DNA from: Methanosphaera stadtmanae DSM 3091
GTDB taxonomy: Archaea; Methanobacteriota; Methanobacteria; Methanobacteriales; Methanobacteriaceae
Assembly: GCF_000012545.1 (NCBI RefSeq)
Contig: NC_007681.1
Span: forward strand, 720,001-752,000
DNA: 32,000 nucleotides
Direction: 5' to 3'
The notes beneath the pieces were generated by a model. The model ran no database searches and was not told the DNA's origin. It was given only the letters and a program-made list of their open reading frames with translations. Of this stretch, positions 11,601 through 18,570 are shown in pieces (position 1 is the stretch's first letter; each line of letters starts with the position of its first letter). The position numbers were made by a program, and so were the translations under genes.

Positions 11601-13031
11601 AATAGTTCCTGCTTTTATACCAGCTACATATAGATTAATATCATCAAATATAACATCTTTTAATGAACTTGTATCAAGTGTTAATGTATAATTATTTTCT
11701 GGACTTAAATATAATCCACTAGTATTTAATAATGGATTATCTGTTGTTATTGGATATTTATATGGTGCTACTCCAAATTTCTCTGCAGGACTATCATAAT
11801 ATTTTCCTTGAAGAATATATGAAAGAGTTACAGTATCATATTGTGTTATAATAGTATCATTTGTTTTACCATTTAATGCTAGAGCAACTGTATTATTAAA
11901 ATCATTAAGTTTATTTTCCATGAAATAATTATTATTACCTAGTATACCTCCACCATTAACAAAAATACAATGAGATATATTCTTTTGATTAGCATAACAT
12001 ACTAGGTTAATATTTCCATCATTATATCTTGCTAAAACTTTATTGTCTTGGAATAGACAATTATTTATAGTAGCATTACGTGCATTATTTCCCATTAAGG
12101 CAATTGCTCCTCCACTAGCTTGAAAATTACCTTTAACAATATTATTAGTAAATATTGAATTAAGGATTAGAGTATTTCCATCATGTTTGTAGATTGCTCC
12201 TCCTCGAAGATATTCATAGGGAATTGTTGTTGAAATATTATTATTATCAAATAAACAGTTATAAACTCTAAGATCTGATATGTAAGAGTATATTGCAGCA
12301 CCTGCACTCCTTCTATGATTATCTATGAATTTTGAATTGTTAACTGTTAAATTACTATTACTACATATTGCATTATATCCATTTTTGAATGTAATATTGT
12401 TTATATAGACATTTATTTTTGTGGTGTTAAAGAAAAATATTCCATGTATTTTTTGTCCATTAAGTATTGTTTTATCTTTATCTTCTCCTTGGAATGTTAT
12501 ATGAGATACATTAGTATTTCCTACAACGAGGTTTTCTGTAAATTCATATTCACCATTCTTAAGATTTATTATATAATGTGTTTGGTTATCTCCATTTGTA
12601 AATGTGTTATTCCATGTATTTTTTAATGAATTAAAATCTGTTACAGTTTGTTCTTCTGTTTTAATTGTTGTATTGTCTTCTGATTTTAAATTTTTACTTT
12701 GTTTTTCTATATTGTCTGTATTTTTAATAGTTTTTGTTTTAATTTCTTTGTTTATATCTGTAGTTGAAATTTCATTTTTTGAATTATCTTTTATTATCGT
12801 AGTTTCTTTCTTTTCTAGAGTAAAATCTTTTGTTCTAATAGTATTTTTCTCACTTGCTTTTATTTCTTTAGTGTCTATTTTAGTATTATCTGTTTTGAAG
12901 TCTATTGTCTGTTTTTCTATTGAATCAGTCATTGTTGTGTTCGTGTCTGTTGCAGATATAACTGAAAGTCCTAGTAATAATACTATTAGTATTATTGAAG
13001 ATATTAGTATCTTATTCTTCATTTTAATCAT
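5625..13031 (-). CDS. Giant (2468 aa) Asn/Thr-rich secreted or surface adhesin-like protein with parallel beta-helix (Pmp/PbH1-type) repeats and Ig-like modules
   Basis: An N-terminal signal/anchor helix (MIKMKNKILISSIILIVLLLGLSVISA) is followed by a T/K/E/N-rich linker. Two beta-helix regions carry GGAI/FxxN-type motifs (RGGAIY, SGGAIAL, ITFKNG, CLFDNN, SIFTNN, SLFEKN, SIFRNN). A long degenerate N-rich beta-helix repeat region follows. There are six Ig-like modules of the type G.V.FKINGKT...Y.IP...Y.ITA.Y, two near residues 480-665 and four at the C-terminus. SD GGAGG is at 13035-13039. Confidence 0.9.
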   Translation of the reverse strand: MIKMKNKILISSIILIVLLLGLSVISATDTNTTMTDSIEKQTIDFKTDNTKIDTKEIKASEKNTIRTKDFTLEKKETTIIKDNSKNEISTTDINKEIKTKTIKNTDNIEKQSKNLKSEDNTTIKTEEQTVTDFNSLKNTWNNTFTNGDNQTHYIINLKNGEYEFTENLVVGNTNVSHITFQGEDKDKTILNGQKIHGIFFFNTTKINVYINNITFKNGYNAICSNSNLTVNNSKFIDNHRRSAGAAIYSYISDLRVYNCLFDNNNISTTIPYEYLRGGAIYKHDGNTLILNSIFTNNIVKGNFQASGGAIALMGNNARNATINNCLFQDNKVLARYNDGNINLVCYANQKNISHCIFVNGGGILGNNNYFMENKLNDFNNTVALALNGKTNDTIITQYDTVTLSYILQGKYYDSPAEKFGVAPYKYPITTDNPLLNTSGLYLSPENNYTLTLDTSSLKDVIFDDINLYVAGIKAGTIKYKGTIIKQDNITAKPGEIINIISYFYDGKNPITNGKVAFKINSKTIGHSNVTLGQASLQYKIPNNYTAKNYTINVVYGGTNKYNPARMNATLKLNKVNTKTTITTNNTIANSTMQITVKTVDENNKPVIRGKITVKVNGKTITLTNTTGVKTVEFNIPKSWANRNITITALYGENSLYNQSRDKMKLTIEPMKMPLKTTNSIKKEDTIINYYVSQMGSDNNTGTMTNPFKTIAKAINQTTPDKTYNIYILNGTYKGVGNTNLTVPGNHKINFIGEGINNTILDGEVNYTVGGATVWGDSKVWNPYDNGTGNWFMNITKGNGLITITNFTMQHAWVYGVDGGDSISKYPTAPVDNYGNLEVNNMYFYYNCAGVGAGIRNNNGSTLLVNNSLFEKNRKSESTGNFGAGIYNNGTAVIVNSIFRNNFARWGTITNDRIMNITNCTLQNNSAYGGASTFKYGSGIAVNSGAADFFNPYGLSGLQTNIRDCTFIGNRQTDIYSISSALNVTNNTFDNCTGIYIAHGTDKTRYANIINNTFNKVSPTDLFITLGSNTVYPALITASGSGNIVIESNNMKLANNDNKGYAIKITGSYNIINNNTIDRRVILGGNNNKVNNTKITTTADTYAIEIGNNKYNNISNNYLTSKTYVGVDSVDNIDNNYVLDNNNTPLSTLVKLNDTLYNRYFDNNGNYKTSFGDNVQIQIIGTLTNKNLIFNNVTNITIFQQQTNIKSYNITIDSANTTMNINQVTITNTNNKPVVILGSNNNIIQSNNFMTNGNYTIELTGINNTIIKNTLIADILVGNECVKADNTTNTINNNKPTYKNIILTDDNYKQYFNENSTFVAPENMTDIHLLLKGNFYNKDFIFNTTLIIGNYTTATVYNGTFILQQSKKSTLQNITIINTDNKNAIILNNSRDNSISYMNITTKTPSIIINSTYLWSTGLLYNNITTISPNKTYSIVLSNVTGAPTIQNNNITTIGSTNTSSLYISKNINYNQIQLQLYGNNIITKGNGNDTIIYSIYDKNTVANTLRYSSNIINTIGTQNAISIYMINNMINTSRVYRSVSSNTIKTIASNYTSNIVVKGNISVGIDSNKLNTNSTSSINIDIENTNPTINKNILTTDTENVILIKIQNMNNSNIENNTLTITNKANGTPIVIHNSTYNLIKNNTIFSKTIYTMFIDKTSENNTIVYNTLVTSETYGDKSILTEGKNRVRDNNPTSFSTNYLLNDDTYYEFFNENGILRPEIKTGETIEMIGDLINKNMIINKPINFIQTYGTIYNGTITLTKEAQGTNITALTINNTNIDQTVIINTNNTNINISSIRITNDNITKTIAVQINGNNNKIATTSGITVFSYNDVDSLVVNGDNNQIKLNRTTNSNLLSIIYYSDKKAQINAIILKGNNNTLTSTSTIKVDVLDPITRKQIPSNATVVGTYIQGDNNYINIVDIYLSTEVKSFTGVKFENANYNTLNMSNLLYTRKSMSSGLFYGYLLIDSSYNLINSTSISNYNTMNPNEYALFIFKSNNNTIENLNIRNMANYLDNSNGNILMYNKITTDDVYAITLTNTTYNNIIKHNTLNSANLQGDAAVGADNLNNTIEYNTPRENLQTNTNIILENSTIHAKVNDTITITAKVTDIKNNLLSEGNVTFKIDNNVIGVVTVMDGKASINYTIPFSNITSYKITATYEDNDNYAMKTTTGTIIIDKTSTKLLVGNITNTGSMATLSAILMDGNGNLLDGVVEFRINNMTVGEVNITNKIALLTIDISKYDVGNYEITAIYEGNYYYNSTINTGILSINNYDVKQIINPITTKVCSTIKITSYIFTKENTPINTGKVIFKINGKTLKDEYGDIIYAAINNGIASIDYELSSSIGAKNYTLTAVAMDKIYNRIETNTTLTLEKHNTQVILQPQYLNRSKNAIIKAKIIDEEGNLVIGTTKVAIKLNNKTITHAIAVNGILNATLDLSIYKQSLFNLTIVAGENKLYNSSKSTNALIIE

Positions 13032-13175
13032 TTTCCTCCATAATTTAAATAAATTTTAAAAATAACTAAGATTTAACTTAGTTGTTACTTAATTTAAAAA
13101 TAATTATAATTATATTTAACTAGATTTAACTAACTAAAAACAAGTTCTAAACTCACATATTATTCCTCTAATAAA

Positions 13176-13185
13176 GGGGGGGGGG
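13176..13185. repeat. G10 homopolymer (C10 on the adhesin coding strand), 145 nt upstream of the adhesin ATG
   Basis: Read directly as ataaaGGGGGGGGGGaaaaa. It is the only long G/C homopolymer I saw in the window. Confidence 0.95.
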
Positions 13186-13937
13186 AAAAATATATTTTAA
13201 AGACAAAATAAATTAAATTGATCTTTAATTTATACTATGAAATTCATTTTAGTGTTATTTAAATAATTTAAAGTTTTTTTTTTTATATGAAATAATATTA
13301 AATATCAAATTTCTTATACTATCTACATTATTGACTTAATGTTGTAGTGTTTGTTTTAATTTTTTGTAGTATTTAGAGAGGTGTAACAATTCTGTTTTCT
13401 ATGTTTTTTCAAGAAGAGTTTGTTGTTGCTATGTTTATAATTATCAAATATTTGGTGTTATTTTGTATATTATATATACTAAAAATATGTATAATTAATA
13501 GGACAAAAAAATTTTCACACTCTTTCAAATATTAAAAAAAAGTATTTGAATATAAAAAAAAGTTGTATTAAAAGAGCCATATTATTTATATTGTTATAAT
13601 TATGACTCATAATGGTAATTATATATTATATAATATCTATTATGCAATGAAAAAATCTAGAAATAAATTCACACAAGGAAATAATTGATATAATTCTGAA
13701 ACAATAAGAATAACAATAAATGATGATAAGCATCATACATTGTACCAATGTTCTTTATGAAGTAGTGGGTAATGAAATAATAATCTATATACATGGAGTA
13801 AGTAGTGAAAAACATTATCAATTACTTAAAATAACTAATATGTATAGAAGTAGATGAATTTTATAGATATATAGAGGAAATAACAGCTAAAAGTAATAAA
13901 TTTAAATACCAAGAAGAATAAGTTTAAGCCTCAACAT

Positions 13938-13957
13938 AAAAAAATATTATAAAAAAA
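13938..13957 (-). terminator. Two T7 runs (minus strand) 80-100 nt downstream of rps27ae, putative end of the ribosomal/translation operon
   Basis: Plus-strand A7 runs lie at 13938-13944 and 13951-13957. On the minus strand this reads CCCATTTTTTTATAATATTTTTTT. Confidence 0.35.
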
Positions 13958-14036
13958 TGGGTGGTGAAATAGGATATTTATGTATTTTTAGATTCGTGTT
14001 TTTATATATAATAATATATTTCTTATACTATTTAAT

Positions 14037-14192
14037 TTATTCATTTTTCCATTGTGTGTATCCACAACGACCACATGCATATCTATCTCCATGGTCAGCC
14101 ATGAAAATACCATGTGAACATCTTACACATTCAGGATTTTTTCTTACAATTTTACCATCTTTAACTTCATATAATTCATATTTTTTAGACAT
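14037..14192 (-). CDS. rps27ae: Ribosomal protein S27ae (eS31)
   Basis: Not in the ORF track (51 aa). Sequence is [51 protein letters not shown], with a C4 zinc ribbon (CxxC...CxxC). It sits directly downstream of S24e, as in other archaea. It replaces the spurious + strand ORF 13957..14208. Confidence 0.92.
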   Translation of the reverse strand: MSKKYELYEVKDGKIVRKNPECVRCSHGIFMADHGDRYACGRCGYTQWKNE

Positions 14193-14214
14193 TACAATTC
14201 CCTTCTAGTAGTAT

Positions 14215-14532
14215 TTATTCAGCATCTTCTGCTTCTTCTTCAGGTTCTTCTTCAGGTTCTTCATTTTTAGCAATCACTGATTTAGTTTCAATTTTTGCTA
14301 AACTTTCTGTTGAATCATAAATTTTTGCTAATCCAAATGCGGTTGGAACTCCGTAACTAGGCTTCATACTATCCACCACGAGGAGATCGTTAGATGAGTC
14401 TTCTAATGCAACAAGTTTATGTTTTACATCTAAGATAGTAGGTGTTCCTTCTGTAGGATATTCACATTCAAATTTAATTTCAGTCCTATTTAATAATGGG
14501 TTTTCTTTTTTCTCAATAATTTTAATTTCCAT
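14215..14532 (-). CDS. rps24e: Ribosomal protein S24e (eS24), with an acidic C-terminal tail
   Basis: 105 aa. MEIKIIEKKENPLLNRTEIKFE...GLAKIYDS is the typical S24e fold sequence. The tail is EEPEEEPEEEAEDAE. Confidence 0.93.
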   Translation of the reverse strand: MEIKIIEKKENPLLNRTEIKFECEYPTEGTPTILDVKHKLVALEDSSNDLLVVDSMKPSYGVPTAFGLAKIYDSTESLAKIETKSVIAKNEEPEEEPEEEAEDAE

Positions 14533-14539
14533 ATTATCG

Positions 14540-15049
14540 TTATTCCTTATTTAATTGTTTATAAAAATGTTTTGCCTTATTAAAGGCTTCATTAACACAA
14601 ACCAAAACAACACCTTCCTTTGGTTGTCCATAAAGAATAAAAGTGTCTTTTGGTGCATTTAATATACAGGGCAACACTGCTAAATCCTCTTCACCTTTTA
14701 CTTCAATAATAACAGGATTATTACTAGTAGCAGTATTAATTGAATCGATACAAATCTTAACTAATTCATCAGTTATACATCCAGCAGGATTATTAACATG
14801 AACTAAATTATCTGTATGAGTTAATTTATGTTCAACAGGTTCTCTTTCAATTTTATTATCAACAATACAAATTTGTGGTTGAATATTTAATTTTATAAGA
14901 TTTTTTGTTGTTGCATCACCTATACTAATTATAAGTTTATCTTCTGATAACTGTTGGTGTAATTTCTCTTCAATTATATCTATAGATTTATATAACTGCC
15001 CTAATGGTTTTTTTAATTCTGATCTTAAATATTTTGGTAATGTTAGCAC
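14540..15049 (-). CDS. DUF359/COG1909 protein, archaeal GTP-dependent dephospho-CoA kinase family
   Basis: 169 aa with motifs ISIGDATT and VKGEEDLAVLP characteristic of DUF359. It occupies the conserved position between spt4 and rps24e. The start is GTG at 15049, with SD GGAG 7 nt upstream. Confidence 0.8.
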   Translation of the reverse strand: MLTLPKYLRSELKKPLGQLYKSIDIIEEKLHQQLSEDKLIISIGDATTKNLIKLNIQPQICIVDNKIEREPVEHKLTHTDNLVHVNNPAGCITDELVKICIDSINTATSNNPVIIEVKGEEDLAVLPCILNAPKDTFILYGQPKEGVVLVCVNEAFNKAKHFYKQLNKE

Positions 15050-15066
15050 AATTAGTCTCCTTTCAG

Positions 15067-15252
15067 TTATTTTCTAACTTTTAATGCATAACGGCCAGGG
15101 AAACTAATATTTAATTCTTTAGCTAGATCTGATTCATCAGGATTAAGTACTACAATCAATCCAGTCCAATCACTTGATGTTTCTGTCTTACATAAAGGAC
15201 AAACTTTATCAAATGTTACACATCTACATCTAGGACATGCTCTTTCAGCCAT
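15067..15252 (-). CDS. spt4: Transcription elongation factor Spt4 (RpoE'')
   Basis: 61 aa with a zinc ribbon (CPRCRC...CPLC). It lies immediately downstream of rpoE'. SD GGAG is upstream. Confidence 0.9.
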   Translation of the reverse strand: MAERACPRCRCVTFDKVCPLCKTETSSDWTGLIVVLNPDESDLAKELNISFPGRYALKVRK

Positions 15253-15277
15253 TTTAATTCTCCTTTAATGTTCATAC

Positions 15278-15835
15278 TTATTTCATGTTTTTAAGTTTTT
15301 CTTCTTCAATCCATTCAAAACGACCTAAACCAGGTTGTCTCATGGTTAAACCAATTTTACAATCTGTAGTTGAATTTCCTTTTAAACTTAATGCAACGAT
15401 TCTTGCACGAACAAAGTCTGTTTCATCAAGAGATTTATTAGATTCCTTTGCAAGTAGAGCTCCACGTTTAACATCATAATTAATATAATCATTAGTTATT
15501 TGTGAAACATGCACTAGTCCATCCATAGGACCAATTCTTACAAAAGCACCAAATTCAATAATTTCAATAACTTCCCCATCTATTACTTCATGTAACATAG
15601 GTTTATAGAATAATGCATTGAATTTAACATGATAGAATGCAGCTCCATCACCAATAACAACCTTTCCCTCACTATGGTCAATAACTTCAGTAACCATAAC
15701 TAAGATACCTAACTTTTTATCTAGTTTACCTACATACTGTTTGTTAAGTATAGTTGCTGTCACTTCTTCAAATGGCATGTCAAACATATTAGGTGGTACT
15801 CTTACTGTATCTTCAATAGTTGCTATTTCGTACAC
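15278..15835 (-). CDS. rpoE: DNA-directed RNA polymerase subunit E' (Rpo7) with S1 domain
   Basis: 185 aa. The N-terminal Rpo7 domain ([15 protein letters not shown]) is followed by an S1 fold ([27 protein letters not shown]). The start is GTG at 15835, with SD GAGGTA 5 nt upstream. Confidence 0.93.
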   Translation of the reverse strand: MYEIATIEDTVRVPPNMFDMPFEEVTATILNKQYVGKLDKKLGILVMVTEVIDHSEGKVVIGDGAAFYHVKFNALFYKPMLHEVIDGEVIEIIEFGAFVRIGPMDGLVHVSQITNDYINYDVKRGALLAKESNKSLDETDFVRARIVALSLKGNSTTDCKIGLTMRQPGLGRFEWIEEEKLKNMK

Positions 15836-15852
15836 TTTGATACCTCACATGT

Positions 15853-16380
15853 CTATTCATATTTTTCTTTATAAAGTTCTATTGCATGTTTAACAGCATC
15901 TTTTGCTGCTTTATTGTCTTCCCAACCATTAACTTCTACAGTTTTATTTTCTAATGCTTTATATTGTGAGAAGAAATGTTCAATTTCTTTTAAGTAATGT
16001 TCAGGTAATTGGGAAATATCCTCAACATCTTTAAATCTAGGATCTTCTAGAGGTACTGCTAATAATTTATCATCACTATCTCCTTGATCTATCATTCTCA
16101 TAATACCAATAGGTCTTGCTTCAATAATACATCCAGGGAATGTTGGTTGATCCATAATAACAAGTACATCAAAAGGATCTCCATCGTCCCATAAAGATTT
16201 AGGCATAAATCCATATTCTGCTGGGTAATGGAATGGTGAAAATAATACTCTATCAAGAGCTAAAGCTTCTTTTTCCTTATCATACTCATATTTATTACGA
16301 GATCCTTTAGGAATTTCTACAACTACTGTGATTTCATCAGGTACATTTGATCCTGCTTCTATATCTTTCCAAAGATTCAT
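15853..16380 (-). CDS. ppa: Inorganic pyrophosphatase (family I)
   Basis: Motifs DGDPFDVLVI and DDKLLAV are present. I place the start at ATG 16380 (MNLWKDIEAG, 175 aa) because GGAGG at 16388-16392 lies 7 nt upstream. The track start at 16401 sits upstream of that SD. Confidence 0.93.
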   Translation of the reverse strand: MNLWKDIEAGSNVPDEITVVVEIPKGSRNKYEYDKEKEALALDRVLFSPFHYPAEYGFMPKSLWDDGDPFDVLVIMDQPTFPGCIIEARPIGIMRMIDQGDSDDKLLAVPLEDPRFKDVEDISQLPEHYLKEIEHFFSQYKALENKTVEVNGWEDNKAAKDAVKHAIELYKEKYE

Positions 16381-16418
16381 GGTTTTTCCTCCATAATTCA
16401 TTTACTTCTATATTATCA

Positions 16419-16793
16419 TCAATAGGAATTCGTTTTTATATAACCATCTACTTCTAGATATCTATGCTGTCTTAGATAAACAACAGTAATATTTCTTTTT
16501 CTTGCACGTTTGCGAAGAATTTTATCATTGGTACATAAAACATCTGTATCATTACAGAATTTTAATAATAAATTATCAACATGATCAGTTTTTTTAATAT
16601 TAACAATATTAAAAGGTTCTTTATTTGCAATAGTATATGCAATACTTGCTGCTAATTTATTTTTTCCCTTTGACTTTTTTTTCAAAGTAGTCAGTTCATC
16701 AATAACAACAGATGGAACAATTAAATCATAATATGATGGTAACAGATTTTGTAATTCCATTACAATATCAACATCTAATTGAAACATCATCAT
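16419..16793 (-). CDS. PIN-domain protein, Fcf1/COG1412-like (rRNA-processing nuclease family)
   Basis: About 124 aa. The LDVD...VPSVVIDEL...CTNDKILRKRARKRNITVVYL pattern fits a PIN domain. It occupies the conserved position downstream of aIF2-gamma. The track start is TTG, so I use the first ATG (16793). Confidence 0.75.
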   Translation of the reverse strand: MMMFQLDVDIVMELQNLLPSYYDLIVPSVVIDELTTLKKKSKGKNKLAASIAYTIANKEPFNIVNIKKTDHVDNLLLKFCNDTDVLCTNDKILRKRARKRNITVVYLRQHRYLEVDGYIKTNSY

Positions 16794-16817
16794 CAAAAAT
16801 TTGTATCAACTACTGCC

Positions 16818-18047
16818 CTATGCTTTGATGATTCCATAACCTATGAGCCTCCATCTAGCTCCTACACGACGACTTAAAGCAACACGTTGTCCATCTTCTG
16901 CACATACAGGTAATCTTAGTTTAACATCAACTTCATCTCCTCTAGCACTAGAGACAAGACCAACAGTTGTTGTTGTACCAATATTTATCATTAAGTTTTC
17001 AGAAGAATGTATAGGTTCTACATCAGTTTCATTTTTAGTACCAACAACTCTATCAAGTAAATGAGTTTCCATTGTAAACTCTTGAATAGTTGGTGGTAAA
17101 GTTCCAGGTTTTCCTGCAATAGATCCAGATAATGAATCTGATTTAGTTAATGATGGATCTAATAATAAAGCTACACCAATTAATCCTCCAGGACCAACTT
17201 CATCAACAAAATTATTTGCTGCTTCAAGTCCAGTGATTGTTGATGTTAAACTTTTCCATTCAGTTTTACCTTTATTTTTAACTTGAATTCCTGGTTTTAT
17301 TTCAATTTCATCGCCAAGTTTAAGTTTTCCTTGTATTAAAGAACCTCCAATGATTCCACCATTGATTTTCTTTGGATGTGTACCAGGTTTATTAATATCA
17401 AATGATCTTGCTACATATAATTTAGGATTTTTACGTAGTGATCTTCTTGGTGTTTTCATATTTTTCTGTATAGTTTCAATTAATACATCAATATTTGCAC
17501 CTTGTTGAGCTGATATAGGTATGATTGGTACTCCATCTGCACAAGTTCCTTTAACAAACTCTTTGATTTCATAATAGTTTTCAATTGCTTTTTCCTTAGG
17601 TACTGTATCAACTTTGTTTTGAACTACAATAACATTTTTCACACCAATAACATCTAATGCCATTAAATGTTCTTTAGTTTGGGGTTGAGGACATGGCTCA
17701 TTTGCTCCTATAACAAGAATAGCTCCATCCATTATTGCAGCACCAGAAAGCATTGTAGCCATTAGGGTTTCATGTCCTGGTGAATCAACAAATGATACTT
17801 TTCTAAGTATTTCTGTTTTAGAACCACAGTGTTCACAAGTTTCTTTTGTAGTGTAACATTGAGGTGCTGGACATTCAGGACATGTTCTGAATGTTATATC
17901 AGCATAACCTAACCTTATTGAAATACCTCTTTTTGCTTCTTCACTATGTGTGTCGGTCCATATTCCAGATAAAGCTTTAGTTAATGTTGTTTTACCATGA
18001 TCAACGTGACCTACTAATCCAATATTTATTTCGGATTGTACTTTCAT
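16818..18047 (-). CDS. eif2g: Translation initiation factor aIF2 gamma subunit
   Basis: 409 aa. The GTPase G1 motif is [10 protein letters not shown]. The zinc-ribbon insert is [30 protein letters not shown] is upstream. Confidence 0.96.
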   Translation of the reverse strand: MKVQSEINIGLVGHVDHGKTTLTKALSGIWTDTHSEEAKRGISIRLGYADITFRTCPECPAPQCYTTKETCEHCGSKTEILRKVSFVDSPGHETLMATMLSGAAIMDGAILVIGANEPCPQPQTKEHLMALDVIGVKNVIVVQNKVDTVPKEKAIENYYEIKEFVKGTCADGVPIIPISAQQGANIDVLIETIQKNMKTPRRSLRKNPKLYVARSFDINKPGTHPKKINGGIIGGSLIQGKLKLGDEIEIKPGIQVKNKGKTEWKSLTSTITGLEAANNFVDEVGPGGLIGVALLLDPSLTKSDSLSGSIAGKPGTLPPTIQEFTMETHLLDRVVGTKNETDVEPIHSSENLMINIGTTTTVGLVSSARGDEVDVKLRLPVCAEDGQRVALSRRVGARWRLIGYGIIKA

Positions 18048-18105
18048 AAGTTACACCTCCATATAGATAAATAAACAATTATTAAACTAATAATAATTGA
18101 ATTAT

Positions 18106-18498
18106 CTACTCTTCTTGTTCTTCTTCAGGTTCTGCAAAGATTTCAGCTAGTGTTTGTTCTCCTCTTTCTGAAACTTTAACATTTATTTGGGATATATCAT
18201 CAGCAATAGTGTTTCCACGTACTGTTTTTCTTCTTCTTAATCCTTTTTTAGTAGGTTTAAATCCAGTTCCACCATTTACTAAACTTTTGAATCTTCTTGT
18301 TCCATCAACATCTTCTTTCATTGGGAAACCGTTTTTATCACTACCACCAGTAATTCTTAATTTGTAACCTTTTAATCCAAGAACTCCACCATTGAATTCT
18401 TCTCCAATTTTAAGGCCATTTACTGTTTTTGCATCTTTATCTTCCAATTCTAATTGGTATGTTACATCTTCATCTGATACTACTACTTTGTATACCAT
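18106..18498 (-). CDS. rps6e: Ribosomal protein S6e (eS6)
   Basis: 130 aa with the motif LRITGGSDKNGFPM. The tail is acidic (AEPEEEQEE). Confidence 0.93.
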   Translation of the reverse strand: MVYKVVVSDEDVTYQLELEDKDAKTVNGLKIGEEFNGGVLGLKGYKLRITGGSDKNGFPMKEDVDGTRRFKSLVNGGTGFKPTKKGLRRRKTVRGNTIADDISQINVKVSERGEQTLAEIFAEPEEEQEE

Positions 18499-18570
18499 TG
18501 TATGTCTCCATTATTTTTTTTTAAGTATTCATTATCGTAGTTACTTAAATACTACATCATTATATTGAAA

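Noticed and set aside
5614-13059. Eight + strand track ORFs (5614..5988, 6664..6864, 7696..7911, 8029..8382, 9286..9537, 11128..11388, 12444..12626, 12604..13059) antisense to the giant gene
   Set aside because: All lie inside the 7.4-kb minus-strand CDS. They translate to low-complexity F/V/I/L/S strings. The sense strand's AAT/ACT/ATT-rich codons leave the antisense frames stop-poor, so these are shadow ORFs.
13730-13800. AUGAUGA (box C-like) at 13730-13736, considered as a C/D box sRNA
   Set aside because: No CUGA D' box occurs about 12 nt downstream. There is no C' box, no terminal D box and no terminal stem. The single heptamer is expected by chance in AT-rich DNA.
13730-13867. 45-aa ORF MMISIIHCTNVLYEVVGNEIIIYIHGVSSEKHYQ..., which vaguely recalls the C-terminal strand pattern of RelE/ParE toxins; considered as a toxin-antitoxin remnant
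   Set aside because: It has no SD, a stop immediately upstream in frame and no partner antitoxin ORF. The resemblance is a short pattern only. A blastx/HHpred search would be needed before any claim.
13957-14208. Track ORF, 83 aa, + strand
   Set aside because: The opposite strand encodes a textbook ribosomal protein S27ae (14037..14192) with a zinc ribbon and conserved synteny. The + strand product is low-complexity.
16419-16793. PIN-domain gene considered as a VapC toxin or defence component
   Set aside because: There is no adjacent antitoxin ORF. The gene sits in the widely conserved aIF2-gamma/PIN/PPase/rpoE' neighbourhood typical of the Fcf1-like housekeeping PIN protein.
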